A DNA stretch of 64,000 bases, taken from assembly GCA_964489065.1 (NCBI GenBank), contig CAZAXH010000002.1, forward strand, positions 120,099 through 184,098. The letters run 5' to 3'. The notes beneath the pieces were generated by a model. That model had not been told where the DNA came from and made no database searches. It saw nothing but the letters and a program-made list of their open reading frames with translations. This DNA is from an uncultured Planctomycetales bacterium. Its GTDB lineage: Bacteria > Omnitrophota > Gorgyraeia > Zapsychrales > JANLHA01. Below, piece by piece: positions 22,517 through 32,953 of this stretch. The translations under genes and the position numbers were made by a program. Numbering within the stretch: the first letter of the stretch is position 1; every line of letters begins with the position of its first letter.

Positions 22517-23629
22517 TTACCGGAATTTGTATTTGATGAGGTACAGGGCGGCGCCGGTAAAGAGTACCGGGGCCAACCAGGCCGCAAGCAGGGGCGGGAA
22601 GATGCCCCCTTTGCCCAAAGCCAGGCCCACCGCATTGGTCACGTAATAAAGGAACCCGATCGCGATGGCGATCCCGAGAGACGAAAAGGTTTGGGCGCGG
22701 CGCCGTCCGGTGCTGAGCGTGAGGGGGAGGCCGACCAGAACAATGATGATGTTGGTCAGCGGGAAAGAATATTTTTGATAAAGGTCCACCTTCAGATTGC
22801 TCAGAGCCCGTTTCGCGCCGCTGTTGGCAAAACGTGCGATATAATCTGTCAACTGCTGGATATTCATGGCGCTCACGGTGAGCCGCTGGTTGAGGAAGTC
22901 TTCCGGGGTTTCCCTGATATCAAGCAGTTTTTCTTCATACACCTTCACCTTGATCGTGCTCTGGGGGTCCTCCGGGAAAAGCGTCACGTGGCACTGAAAG
23001 CATTTCCACGCGATCCCGGTCCAGGCCCCTTTTAAAGCCACCAGTTTTTCCTTAATATTCTGTTGCTGGTCATATTCGATGACCGTCAGCCCCTCCAGGT
23101 TATAGGAGTCAGGATTGGGGTCAAACGTGTCGATAAAATAAAGCCGGTTTTTGAGCCCGTAAAAGGTGAGGTTTTTGATCGCCGCCAGCTTTTTTTTCTT
23201 GCGGTCCACTTCCAGGATGAGGTTCTCGTTTTTAATTTTTTTGGTCTTCTCCTCCGCTTGGGGGATGTACCGTTCGTTGATGAAGAACGTCAGGGCCGCC
23301 ATCACAACGACAAAACCCAGGGCCGGGCGGGTGATCTGCCAGAAATTCATACCGCTGGCCCGCAACACGACCACCTCATTATGGGCGTTCAGGGTTGAAT
23401 ACGTCAGGAGGACCGAAATCAGCAGGGCCATGGGGGTCGTTTGCACCAGCACGACCGGCAGGTAAGCCAGGTAATACTGGAATAAAATTTGGATGGACAC
23501 CTTCTGCCCGATAAATTCATCGAGGTTGCTGGCGGAATCAACAAGCACGAACAGCAGCCCGAACGTGAAGAACGTCACGATGAAGATGAAAATAACAGAT
23601 TTGATGATATAACGGTCAAGAATTTGCAT
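22517..23629 (-). CDS. LPS export permease, LptF/LptG (YjgP/YjgQ) family
   Basis: 370 aa with 6 TM helices and a periplasmic beta-jellyroll region. Paired with a paralogue directly upstream. Confidence 0.7.
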   Translation of the reverse strand: MQILDRYIIKSVIFIFIVTFFTFGLLFVLVDSASNLDEFIGQKVSIQILFQYYLAYLPVVLVQTTPMALLISVLLTYSTLNAHNEVVVLRASGMNFWQITRPALGFVVVMAALTFFINERYIPQAEEKTKKIKNENLILEVDRKKKKLAAIKNLTFYGLKNRLYFIDTFDPNPDSYNLEGLTVIEYDQQQNIKEKLVALKGAWTGIAWKCFQCHVTLFPEDPQSTIKVKVYEEKLLDIRETPEDFLNQRLTVSAMNIQQLTDYIARFANSGAKRALSNLKVDLYQKYSFPLTNIIIVLVGLPLTLSTGRRRAQTFSSLGIAIAIGFLYYVTNAVGLALGKGGIFPPLLAAWLAPVLFTGAALYLIKYKFR

Positions 23630-23680
23630 AATGAATATTTTTTATATTCCGTTTCCCCGTCCCGGGGCTCCGGACGGACG

Positions 23681-24772
23681 TTAAAATCGGGTCAGCCGGT
23701 AGTTTAAAAACAGCGTCGCCGCCCCGCCGATGATATTGGGGACCCACATGATCAGCGCGGCGGGGACGATTTGTTCGATGCTCAGCGCCTCACAGCCCAG
23801 GGTGATCAGATAATAAACCGCGGCGGCGATGATGGCGATAATGACATTGGCGGATTTTTCCCGTTTATTGGTGATAACCGCCAGAGGGAACCCCAGGGTG
23901 ACGAAGACCAGCGGGGAAAACGACCAGGTGATTTTTCGGTAATACTCGGTTTCCAGCCGGGAGGTGTCGACGAGAAGCTGCTGCAGGCGCCGGCCTTCCG
24001 CTTTGAGTTCTTTCAATGTCATGCTTTTGGGCTTTTTGTCGATCTTCTGCTCGGCCTGGGCGGTGTCCAGGGTGATAAACAGCGTGTTGAAGTTCAGTTT
24101 GTAAAAGTTGTTCGGGTTTTTCATGTCTGGCTCATCAGACGTGCCGTTGATTAATTTCAGGATAATCTGTTTCTTCTCGGGAACGCGGGAAAATTCCCCC
24201 CGGCTGGCGATGATCGTCCGGGTCGGTTTGCCGTCGGGTTGGGGCTGGTAGATGGTGATATTGTACATACGGTTGTCTTCAACCCGGTGGATAAAGAGGA
24301 TCTGCCCGTCAAAGGCATGAATAAAAACCCCGGGCTCCAGCAACGCGGTCGGATTCTTGGTGCCTAGGTCTTTCAGGAGTTTGCGCTGTTCGTGATGGGC
24401 GTAAGGAATAACTCGGTCGCTTAAGATGAACATCAGCAGGGAAAGGATGACCCCGACCATGAATAAGGGGGCGAACAGCCGCCGCAAAAGGATCCCGCTG
24501 GCCCGCATGGCCAGGATTTCATTGTCCGAGGATAAACGGCTGAACCCTAGGATCACCGCGACCAGGCAGGCGATCGGCAATGTGTATCCCAGAAGGACGG
24601 GGATATACAGCAGAAAGACCTGGCTGACCGTCACAAGGCTCACCCCTTTGTTGATGACCATGTGCGCCAGTTGAATCAGGTTCCCCAGGAGGAAGACGCA
24701 GGTCAATACCCCCAGTGCCAGGAAAAAGGGGACGACGCATTCTTGCAGGGCGTAATTTCTTAAAATTTTCAT
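23681..24772 (-). CDS. LPS export permease, LptF/LptG (YjgP/YjgQ) family, second paralogue
   Basis: 363 aa with the same architecture. A tandem pair is typical of lptF-lptG. Confidence 0.7.
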   Translation of the reverse strand: MKILRNYALQECVVPFFLALGVLTCVFLLGNLIQLAHMVINKGVSLVTVSQVFLLYIPVLLGYTLPIACLVAVILGFSRLSSDNEILAMRASGILLRRLFAPLFMVGVILSLLMFILSDRVIPYAHHEQRKLLKDLGTKNPTALLEPGVFIHAFDGQILFIHRVEDNRMYNITIYQPQPDGKPTRTIIASRGEFSRVPEKKQIILKLINGTSDEPDMKNPNNFYKLNFNTLFITLDTAQAEQKIDKKPKSMTLKELKAEGRRLQQLLVDTSRLETEYYRKITWSFSPLVFVTLGFPLAVITNKREKSANVIIAIIAAAVYYLITLGCEALSIEQIVPAALIMWVPNIIGGAATLFLNYRLTRF

Positions 24773-25533
24773 GCGGAGGAACTCGTGCTGGGTTGAACAG
24801 CGATGGCCAGCGTCAAGACAACCACCTGTTGTGCCCCGGCCTGTTTGATGACGCGCGCGGCTTCTGAGGTCGTGGCTCCGGTCGTAAACAGGTCGTCGAC
24901 GATTAGTATGTTTTTATGTTTAAAGACAAATGGATATTTTATTGTAAAGGCGCTCTGAATATTTGTCCAGCGTTCTTTTTGTCTTAACGTGGTTTGACTC
25001 TTGGTGTTACGGATGCGAAAGAGCGAGCGGCCCAGGACGGGGCGCCGGGCCGTCCTGCCGAGTTCCTGGGCGAGGAGCGCGGATTGATTGTACCCCCGCT
25101 CCCGTAGCCTGGCGGGGTGAAGCGGGACAGGGACAAGGAAGTCGAACGCTGACAGGGAGATTCCGTACATTTTCAGAAAGGCGGACATCCGGTCCGCGAA
25201 GAAAAGGCGTAACGCGGTTTTTTCCCGGTATTTAAATAAGTGCAGAAGATCTTTCATAACGTCCTGATAGGGGCAGCAGGCCCAGACCCAGTCAAAATGG
25301 TAGGGCGTTCTCTGGCATCGGGGACAGAACGGGCCGGTGTCCGCTGCCACCGGGCAGGAGCATCGCTGACAAAAAGGAGGCCGGTTCAGAATAACACGGC
25401 TTTGGCAGATGCCGCATAATTGAAATGGTCTGCCTGACAGGGAAAGAGGTTTTCGGCAGAGAATGCAAACAGGGGGGAAAAGGAGGTCAAGCAGGGCCGG
25501 GTAAAGGTCCCTGATCATGAAGGATTCTAGCAT
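24769..25533 (-). CDS. ComF family protein (double zinc ribbon plus phosphoribosyltransferase domain)
   Basis: N-terminal CxxC pairs (CILC...CGIC, CQRC...CPRC) and a C-terminal PRTase motif ILIVDDLFTTGATT. Start trimmed to MLESF..., because the track's upstream extension is low-complexity. Confidence 0.7.
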   Translation of the reverse strand: MLESFMIRDLYPALLDLLFPPVCILCRKPLSLSGRPFQLCGICQSRVILNRPPFCQRCSCPVAADTGPFCPRCQRTPYHFDWVWACCPYQDVMKDLLHLFKYREKTALRLFFADRMSAFLKMYGISLSAFDFLVPVPLHPARLRERGYNQSALLAQELGRTARRPVLGRSLFRIRNTKSQTTLRQKERWTNIQSAFTIKYPFVFKHKNILIVDDLFTTGATTSEAARVIKQAGAQQVVVLTLAIAVQPSTSSSA

Positions 25534-25757
25534 GGGGCAGAATGCAATGTCAATGGGGCGTGTTCCCGGGGAGCCCGGCTGAGTTTTGGGCTGTGTTTTT
25601 TTGCGTAGTCTTAGATAAAAATAATAAAAATTGTCTGTGTGTTTTATCTTTGAGGAGTATAAAATGAACTCATTACGATGGGTTTCCTTGGGCCGGCTGC
25701 GCAAGAAATATTTAACATAAGATTTATTTTTAGAACATGTCAAAAGAGGGAGTTCAA

Positions 25758-27680
25758 ATGAGAGTAAAGATTGTTGACAGCATTTTATGCGTTTTTATGC
25801 TGGCTTTGTTTACGATGCCGCCCATGGCACATTCTCAGGAAGATTTGTTGGATTTATCTTTGGAAGAACTCTTAAATGTCGTTGTCGGCACCTCAAAACG
25901 CGAGGAAGCCGTTAAAGATTCCCCGGCCGTCGTGACGGTCATCACTGCAAAAGAGATTAAAGACTTTGGCGCGAACACCTTGTTTGATATCCTGCAGCGG
26001 GCGCCGAGTATTCAAATGCTAAGTTCAAATTTCTGGATTCAAAATCTTACGTCCATGAGAGGAGACCTTGATCAGCATTTAGATACCCGTGTGCTGTTAT
26101 TGATTAACGGGAGGCCGGTACGGGACGGGATGATGGGGGGGATCAATTTCGCTGTTTACACGAATTTTCCGATTGATATTATCGAACGCATTGAGGTGAT
26201 CCGCGGTCCGGGCTCGGTGCTTTACGGGACCAACGCCTTCGACGGCGTTATTAATATTGTGACCAAAAAGGTCAAAGACGGTACCGAGTTTTCCGCCAGC
26301 ACCGGAGTCGGGTCATTTAGCGCGGCCAGAGAAACAGTCAATATGCTGTATGCCCAACATAACATGTCTTTGAATACCGCGCTCATGTATTTCGATGAAA
26401 AAGGCTGGAAGTTTGAAGCCAAAGATCAGACAGGGGCGAGCAATTCAAAAAATTATAGCGAAGAAAACTTCGGGATTTTCGGTAATTATTCCTATGGTTT
26501 TAATGAAGGGAAAACCGATATTATCCTTAACAGCTTTTATAGCGATTATAGTGTTTCACATTTCGGAATTGTGCCGAATTGGACGCACGCAGGGAAAACC
26601 ATCGGCAGAAAATATTTTAATGATCTAGAATTAGCCCACAAGATTTCCGACGACTGGGCCGTACACACAAACTTGACGATGAACGCGAACCCCTGGAGCA
26701 CGTATACCAATATTGAGAATAACGAAAATTTCCTGGACTGGATTTATGAAACGTACGCCCAGGGAACGTTATTTGAAAAAGTTAATTTGATCGCCGGGGG
26801 GTTAGTCGAAGACCGGACGTTACCAAAAGTGGAGAGCGGGTCAAGTTTTTCGGACACGTATTTTCAGCGGAATTATACCGGGTACACCCAGGTGGATTAT
26901 AAGCCTTTTGAAAAATTGAAATTAATTACCGGCACGCAATTTGTAAAACCTTACCGCATTGATGGTAAATTTATCGTCCGTCTTGGCGGGATATACAATT
27001 TTAATAAAAAATTTGGTACTAAACTTTTATATGGCGAAGCTTATCGCGCCCCGTACCCGGCTGAACAATATATGGCCATTTCTTCTTTGGTCGGGAATCC
27101 CAGTTTGAAACCGGAACAAATTGCCACTGTTGATTGGCAATTGTTTTATACCACCCAGAAAATGGACGCCAGCATCACTTTCTTTAGAAGCCGATACACG
27201 GATATCATAACCCGGACCACCGCGACTCCTGCCAGCTATTCCAATGGGGGAGGATATGAGATAGAAGGCGTCGAATTGGAAGGGAAGGTCAATATAGCCG
27301 ATAATTTATATGCTTTAGGCTCATGTATGTATAAGGATGAAAAAGACAATCTTATGTACTCCCCGGATTTGATGGTTAAATTCGGGTTGTCTTATATGAC
27401 AAATTTCGGTTTGAATGTCGGTTTATTTAATTCCATCTTTTCTGAGCCGAGGGCCACAAGCGCGGCGGTCCATAATCCGAGCGCCCATACGGTAGACCTT
27501 GTTGATTTCAATATGACCTATAAATTGCCGGTGAAGATGGACCTCGAATGGAATGTGTACGTTCAGAATTTGTTGGATCAGGAATATGATTTTGTCGAGT
27601 TTAACAAGAAGACCATGATAACGACACTTCCACAGCAGTCAGGCAGGGCCATATATACTAAACTGACCGTAAAATTTTAA
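25758..27680 (+). CDS. TonB-dependent outer-membrane receptor
   Basis: Signal peptide, plug domain (TonB-box-like VVTVITA, IERIEVIRGPGSVLYG) and a long beta-barrel ending in an aromatic C-terminus (...KLTVKF). Confidence 0.75.
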   Translation: MRVKIVDSILCVFMLALFTMPPMAHSQEDLLDLSLEELLNVVVGTSKREEAVKDSPAVVTVITAKEIKDFGANTLFDILQRAPSIQMLSSNFWIQNLTSMRGDLDQHLDTRVLLLINGRPVRDGMMGGINFAVYTNFPIDIIERIEVIRGPGSVLYGTNAFDGVINIVTKKVKDGTEFSASTGVGSFSAARETVNMLYAQHNMSLNTALMYFDEKGWKFEAKDQTGASNSKNYSEENFGIFGNYSYGFNEGKTDIILNSFYSDYSVSHFGIVPNWTHAGKTIGRKYFNDLELAHKISDDWAVHTNLTMNANPWSTYTNIENNENFLDWIYETYAQGTLFEKVNLIAGGLVEDRTLPKVESGSSFSDTYFQRNYTGYTQVDYKPFEKLKLITGTQFVKPYRIDGKFIVRLGGIYNFNKKFGTKLLYGEAYRAPYPAEQYMAISSLVGNPSLKPEQIATVDWQLFYTTQKMDASITFFRSRYTDIITRTTATPASYSNGGGYEIEGVELEGKVNIADNLYALGSCMYKDEKDNLMYSPDLMVKFGLSYMTNFGLNVGLFNSIFSEPRATSAAVHNPSAHTVDLVDFNMTYKLPVKMDLEWNVYVQNLLDQEYDFVEFNKKTMITTLPQQSGRAIYTKLTVKF

Positions 27681-27861
27681 AAAAGCCCGAAATCCGGTGA
27701 GTGAAGATCCGGCCATCAGGCCTCCCCGAGCATTCCTCTTAGGACAACCGTATCGATAGAACGACGTTGGGCTTTCAATTTGAAGGACACCGGGCTTTGG
27801 GCCGTCGGAGGCTTCTCTCCGAAGGGCGCTTTGCCGGTGACGGATATCCTTTAATAAACAC

Positions 27862-27890
27862 TTGACAAAAACGCATGCGTGGCATATTAT
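27862..27890 (+). promoter_or_regulatory. sigma70-like promoter TTGACA-N17-TATTAT immediately upstream of the DUF134 gene
   Basis: Exact -35 hexamer, 17-nt spacer and near-consensus -10. The -10 ends ~6 nt before the ATG at 27897, implying a leaderless or near-leaderless mRNA. Confidence 0.5.
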
Positions 27891-27896
27891 TGGCAT

Positions 27897-28250
27897 ATGC
27901 TAATAAATAAAACAGTCCGCGGCCGGCCTAAAAAATGCCGGTGCGTTCAAAACGAGCCTAAGGTGCGGTCCTTCAGGCCTTGCGGTGTTCCGTCCGGTGC
28001 CATGGGGGAAGCTATTTTAATCACGGTTGATGAATGCCAGGCGTTGTGTTTTGCCGACCGGCAGGGCCTTTATCAGGTTGAGGCGGCCAAGAAAATGAAC
28101 GTGTCCCGGCAGACGTTTGGCAATATTATCAAGTCCGCCCGCAGAAAAGTGGCAGAAGCGATCCTCTGCGGAAAGCCGCTTCGTATAGGCGGAGGGGCCT
28201 ACGCGGTTTCGGGAATGAAAGAAAAACGCACACCTGCGGGGAGAAAATGA
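27897..28250 (+). CDS. DUF134 (UPF0251) family predicted DNA-binding protein
   Basis: N-terminal RGRPKK...RSFRP and a C-terminal sigma70-region-4-like HTH (VDECQALCFADRQGLYQVEAAKKMNVSRQTFGNIIKSARRKVAEAI). The track's GTG start at 27879 overlaps the promoter -10, so the ATG at 27897 is preferred. Confidence 0.65.
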   Translation: MLINKTVRGRPKKCRCVQNEPKVRSFRPCGVPSGAMGEAILITVDECQALCFADRQGLYQVEAAKKMNVSRQTFGNIIKSARRKVAEAILCGKPLRIGGGAYAVSGMKEKRTPAGRK

Positions 28251-28277
28251 ATCTTTTAATTTTCTGCAAAGGAGGAG

Positions 28278-30788
28278 ATGGGGATGATTGATACACTTAT
28301 TGCCTTTGCCCTTAGAAAGCCCAAGATCATTTTTGCCGTAACCGTTTTGGCGGTCGTGGCGTCTTTGGCGGCGTTCTTCCGGGTTAAGGTGGACACAGAC
28401 CCGGAGAATATGCTCCCGGAGAATGAGTTTGTCCGTGTTTTTAACCACGAGGTAAAAAAAGAATTCACGATCTATGATTATGTCGTCCTGGGGGTCGTCA
28501 ATGAGAAGGATCCGGACGGGGTTTTTAACCCGGCTACTTTAGAGAAGATCTACCGGATTACGGAGGAGATCAAGACTATTGACGGGGTTATCGCCTATGA
28601 GCTGATGAGCCTGGCTAATAAGGATGATATCGAACAGGCCGGCCCGGGGACCCTCAGTTTCCGCTGGCTGATGGGGCCGCCTCCCTACACGGCGGCGGAG
28701 TCTCAACGCATTAAAACGCGCGCCTTGGAAAATCCGATGTTTTACGACACGCTCATTTCGCGCGACGGCAAGGCCCTGTGTATTTATGTCCCTATTCAAG
28801 AGAAGAACATGAGTTACCGCGTCGCCAAGGCCATCCAGAAAATTATTCAAGGGTATCCCGGAGTGGAGCAATATCACCTGACGGGACTACCGCTGGCGGA
28901 GGACGCGTTCGGCGTTGAAATGTTCTGGCAGATGGGGATCTCCGCGCCGCTGGCGGTTTTGGTTATTTTCCTGCTGATGTGGTGGTTTTTCAAACATGTC
29001 ATTCTGGTCCTGATGCCGCTTGTGATGGCCGTTGTCGTGGTCCTGATCACCATGGGGCTTTTGGTCGGTCTGGGTTTCCCGATCCATATTATGAGTTCGA
29101 TGATCCCTATTTTCCTTTTGCCGATTTCCGTGCTGGATTCCATTCACATTTTGAATGAATTCTTTGAGAAGTACCGCACCTTTAAAGACAAGAAAAAAAC
29201 GATTTCCTATGTGCTGCATGAGCTCTACCGCCCGAATCTCTTCACCTCGTTAACGACGGTAGCCGGTTTTTTTTCCCTGTCTTTTGCCCCTATCCCGCCG
29301 GTCCAGGTCTTCGGGATTGCGGTGGCTTTTGGAGTCGCTCTGGCCTGGGTTTTGACTGTTTTGTTGATACCGGCTTATATCGCTCTTCTTGATGAGAGCA
29401 AACTCGGGGATTTTGGCGTGCATGAGGATGATCTTAAGCAAGGCGCATTGAGCCGCGCCCTCGCCGCCTGGGGGAGATTTACAGTCAAACACTGGAAAGA
29501 GGTTTTATCCGGATCGGTGGCCGTTGTGGCCCTGTCCCTTTACGGGATAATGCATATTGAAATCAACGATAATCCGACCAAATGGTTTAATAAGAAGCAT
29601 CCTATCCGGGTCGCGGATAAAGTGCTTAACGACCATTTCGGCGGTGTTTACAGCGTGTACCTGGTCATGGAAGCCAAAGATAAAGAGGCCCAGGTTTTCC
29701 AGGAGCCGGCGATGTTGCGTTATATCGAAGGGCTGCAGCAGTCCCTGCAGGAGAAAGGGACGGTCGGGAAATCAACTTCGCTGGCGGATGTCACGAAAAA
29801 AGTCTATTATGAACTTCTGGGGGGCGATAAAAAGAACAATATAATCCCTCCGACAGCCCCGGCCGTGGCGCAGACGCTTATTTCATTCGAGAATTCGCAT
29901 AAACCCGATGACCTCTGGCATTTTGTCGTCCCCGACTATTCCAAGGCCAACGTGTGGCTTCAGCTGACGTCCGGCGACAATAAACAAATGGCGGCCGTGG
30001 TGAAGCAGGTGGGCGAATACGTCCAGGCGCATCCGGTCCCGTTTGAGGTGACGTACCACTGGGCCGGGCTGACGTATATCAATATGGTCTGGCAGGACAA
30101 AATGGTGGTGGGGATGCTGGTGAATTTCCTGGGAAGTTTTTTAATCGTCCTTTTTATGATGATTGTGCTTTTCAAGTCTCCGGTCACGGGGCTGGTGTCG
30201 ATGCTCCCTCTGACGATCACCATTCTTTTCATTTACAGTTTGCTCGGCTTCACGGGAAAGGAGTATGACATGCCGGTGGCCGTGCTGTCGGCGTTGACGT
30301 TGGGGTTGGCCGTTGATTTTGCCATTCATTTTATTGAGCGCGCCCGCGCCTTTTACGCGGAGAATAAAAACTGGCCCAAAACGGTTGAAGGCATGTTTGG
30401 CGCCCCGGCTAGGGCGTTGATTAAAAACGCGCTGGTGATCTCGATCGGCTTTTTGCCTCTTTTTGCTTCGCCGCTGGTTCCTTATAATACGGTAGGGTTT
30501 TTTATGTTTATGATCATGCTGGTTGCCAGCATCGTTACGCTGATGACCTTGCCGGCGCTTATAACCGGTTTCCCATGGCTTGTGTTTGAAGAAAAGAAGA
30601 CAAAGGCCATCTGTTCGTGCCGGAATTGTGTTTTGATGTCGGGCATTATCGCGGCTACAATAGCATACGTCCTGTTGGGCTACGATCTGGCCCGGCTCAA
30701 TGTCACGACGATTATTTGCGTGACTGTCGTCGTGGTTTTGTCCGGCGTGTGTTCCTTTGTGTCGCGGCAGAAGATGTGCCCAAAATGA
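28278..30788 (+). CDS. MMPL/RND-superfamily exporter (HpnN-like)
   Basis: 836 aa with two 6-TM bundles, each preceded by a large periplasmic loop. RND/MMPL-type TM motifs. Confidence 0.8.
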   Translation: MGMIDTLIAFALRKPKIIFAVTVLAVVASLAAFFRVKVDTDPENMLPENEFVRVFNHEVKKEFTIYDYVVLGVVNEKDPDGVFNPATLEKIYRITEEIKTIDGVIAYELMSLANKDDIEQAGPGTLSFRWLMGPPPYTAAESQRIKTRALENPMFYDTLISRDGKALCIYVPIQEKNMSYRVAKAIQKIIQGYPGVEQYHLTGLPLAEDAFGVEMFWQMGISAPLAVLVIFLLMWWFFKHVILVLMPLVMAVVVVLITMGLLVGLGFPIHIMSSMIPIFLLPISVLDSIHILNEFFEKYRTFKDKKKTISYVLHELYRPNLFTSLTTVAGFFSLSFAPIPPVQVFGIAVAFGVALAWVLTVLLIPAYIALLDESKLGDFGVHEDDLKQGALSRALAAWGRFTVKHWKEVLSGSVAVVALSLYGIMHIEINDNPTKWFNKKHPIRVADKVLNDHFGGVYSVYLVMEAKDKEAQVFQEPAMLRYIEGLQQSLQEKGTVGKSTSLADVTKKVYYELLGGDKKNNIIPPTAPAVAQTLISFENSHKPDDLWHFVVPDYSKANVWLQLTSGDNKQMAAVVKQVGEYVQAHPVPFEVTYHWAGLTYINMVWQDKMVVGMLVNFLGSFLIVLFMMIVLFKSPVTGLVSMLPLTITILFIYSLLGFTGKEYDMPVAVLSALTLGLAVDFAIHFIERARAFYAENKNWPKTVEGMFGAPARALIKNALVISIGFLPLFASPLVPYNTVGFFMFMIMLVASIVTLMTLPALITGFPWLVFEEKKTKAICSCRNCVLMSGIIAATIAYVLLGYDLARLNVTTIICVTVVVVLSGVCSFVSRQKMCPK

Positions 30789-30881
30789 TCCCCGGCCCAT
30801 GGGCCGGAAAGATTCTAGGCGAGGAGTCTGATAAAAATTTCACGAAAGATGTGTGTCGTTGAAAACGGGAAAGGAGGAGAT

Positions 30882-31667
30882 ATGAAAAAGTTTTTTGTCC
30901 TGTTGGTTCTGTGTTTGGTTGCGGGTACCGTGTGGGGCCAGGAACTGACCGTTGATGAGATCATCACCCGGGCGAATAACCGTTCGTATTATCAGGGAAA
31001 GGACGGCAAGTCCAAGGCCATGATGGTGGTCACGGATGCCCAGGGCCGCACCCGCCAGCGTCAGTTGACGATTTTGAAGCTGAATATCCAGGAGGGCGGC
31101 GACCAGAAGTATTTTGTTTATTTCCACAAGCCCAATGACGTTAAAGGCATGAGCTATATCGTCTGGAAACATGCCGGTCAGGATGACGACCGCTGGCTCT
31201 ATCTGCCGGCCATGGACCTGGTGCGCCGGATCGCCGCTTCCGACAAGCGTTCGAGTTTTGCCGGAACGACGTTTTTGTATGAGGACATTTCCGGTCGGGC
31301 CATTGATCTGGACACCCATGAACTGGCCGCCGGCGACACCGAGAATTATGTCATCAAGAATGTGCCCAAGGACGCCGCGGCTGTTGAGTTTTCATATTAT
31401 ATGCTGAAAGTGGACAAAAACACCTTTGTCCCCATGATGGCCGAGTATTACGACAAATCCGGCAAGCTCTACCGCACGATCGAGGCCCTGGAGGTCAAAG
31501 ACATTCAGGATTACCCGACGATCACAAAGATGAAAGCCACGGACTTGAATGCGAATTCCCACACGGTTACGGAATTCAGCGAGGTGACGTACGACGTGGG
31601 GTTAACGGACGATATCTTCACCGAACGGTTCCTGCGCAACCCGCCGCCGCAGTGGCTGAAGGAGTAG
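30882..31667 (+). CDS. LolA-like outer-membrane lipoprotein-sorting family protein
   Basis: Signal peptide, ~260 aa and a beta-rich sequence. Co-located with an MMPL transporter, as is typical for this family. RBS AGGAGG lies before the ATG at 30882. Confidence 0.55.
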   Translation: MKKFFVLLVLCLVAGTVWGQELTVDEIITRANNRSYYQGKDGKSKAMMVVTDAQGRTRQRQLTILKLNIQEGGDQKYFVYFHKPNDVKGMSYIVWKHAGQDDDRWLYLPAMDLVRRIAASDKRSSFAGTTFLYEDISGRAIDLDTHELAAGDTENYVIKNVPKDAAAVEFSYYMLKVDKNTFVPMMAEYYDKSGKLYRTIEALEVKDIQDYPTITKMKATDLNANSHTVTEFSEVTYDVGLTDDIFTERFLRNPPPQWLKE

Positions 31668-31671
31668 CGGG

Positions 31672-32949
31672 ATGCGGCGCGCGGTTTTTATCGGCTTATT
31701 TTTTTTAATTTCCGCCGCCTGCGCGCAGGCGGCGGATCTCCCCGAATGGCACGGGTTCGTCGAGCAGGCATACGGGGGCAGGCTGAGCGATGATTCGCTG
31801 ACCAAGCACGGGGGGTATAACATGCTTGAGCAGCGTCTGCAGTTGAAAACCCGTTACTATATTACCGGGGACAACGCGCTGTCCCGCTGGAACAGCGTGG
31901 TGACGTACAAAGGCGATTTCCTCGTGGATGAGTATTTCGGGGGCAGCGGTTCTTATGAGGTGCGCGAATGCCATTTCGCGTTCCGCCCGGCCAGCCTGAT
32001 CGACGTCAAGGCGGGCCGGCAGGTCTTGACGTGGGGCACGGGGGATTACCTTTTTATCAACGATTTGTTCCCCAAAGATTACGTTTCCTTTTATATCGGC
32101 AGGGATGACGAATATTTAAAGAAACCTTCCGACGCCCTGCGCATATCCGCGTATCCGGCCCTGGCCAATATTGATTTTGTGGTCATCCCCCATTTTACGC
32201 CCAACACCATGCCGGAGGGAGACCGGCTTTCTTTTTTCGACAGTTTTCAGGGAGGAATCGCGGGCCGGGCAAGCGACCGTAACGCCGTCAAACCGGCTTT
32301 TCAGGCGGAGAATACGCAATACGCGCTGCGTGTTTACCGGACCTTCGGCAGCCTGGAAGGCGCGTTGTATTATTACCGCGGCTTTGACCCTTCGCCGCGC
32401 AGTTACCTGGACGAGGCCAACCGGCAGCTTTTTTATGAGCGGCTGGACGCGTACGGTGCGAGCGTCCGGACGCCCTGGGCCGGGGGGATAGGCAGCATGG
32501 AGGTGGGGTATTACCGTTCGCGCCAGGACCCGGACGGGACGAACCGCCTTATCGAGAATTCCATGTTCAAGGGAATGGCCGGATATGAAAAAGATCTGGG
32601 GAATGATCTTAAAATCGGGGGGCAATATCTATATGAGCAAAAGCTCGATTACTCCGCGTATAAGGCCGCGCTTCTTCCCTACGACTATTTTTGGGATGAA
32701 CGCCGGCATCTCCTGACCCAGCGGGTGATCAAATTTTATAAGAACCAGACCGTGATGCTGGGGCTTTTTAATTTTTGGTCGCCGTCGGACAGAGACGGGT
32801 ATGTCCGGGTGTCATGCGCTTATGACATATCCGATCAATGGAAGCTGGTGGCCGGGGTCAATATCCCGTGGGGGGAGGATAGGATCACGGATTTCGGCAT
32901 GATGGAAAAAAATAAGAACGCGTTTGTGCGGGTGCGCTATAGTTTTTAA
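31672..32949 (+). CDS. putative outer-membrane beta-barrel protein (DUF1302-like)
   Basis: Signal peptide (AACAQA), alternating beta-strand pattern and a C-terminal aromatic residue (...VRYSF). Its gene neighbourhood is with the MMPL and LolA-like genes. Confidence 0.4.
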   Translation: MRRAVFIGLFFLISAACAQAADLPEWHGFVEQAYGGRLSDDSLTKHGGYNMLEQRLQLKTRYYITGDNALSRWNSVVTYKGDFLVDEYFGGSGSYEVRECHFAFRPASLIDVKAGRQVLTWGTGDYLFINDLFPKDYVSFYIGRDDEYLKKPSDALRISAYPALANIDFVVIPHFTPNTMPEGDRLSFFDSFQGGIAGRASDRNAVKPAFQAENTQYALRVYRTFGSLEGALYYYRGFDPSPRSYLDEANRQLFYERLDAYGASVRTPWAGGIGSMEVGYYRSRQDPDGTNRLIENSMFKGMAGYEKDLGNDLKIGGQYLYEQKLDYSAYKAALLPYDYFWDERRHLLTQRVIKFYKNQTVMLGLFNFWSPSDRDGYVRVSCAYDISDQWKLVAGVNIPWGEDRITDFGMMEKNKNAFVRVRYSF

Positions 32950-32953
32950 TCTC

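Noticed and set aside
27681-27861. Spacer after the TonB-dependent receptor gene, inspected for a cobalamin or other riboswitch
   Set aside because: No B12-box or other recognisable riboswitch consensus was seen. A riboswitch would in any case be expected upstream, not downstream, of the receptor gene, and the 25,560-25,757 upstream region also lacks one.
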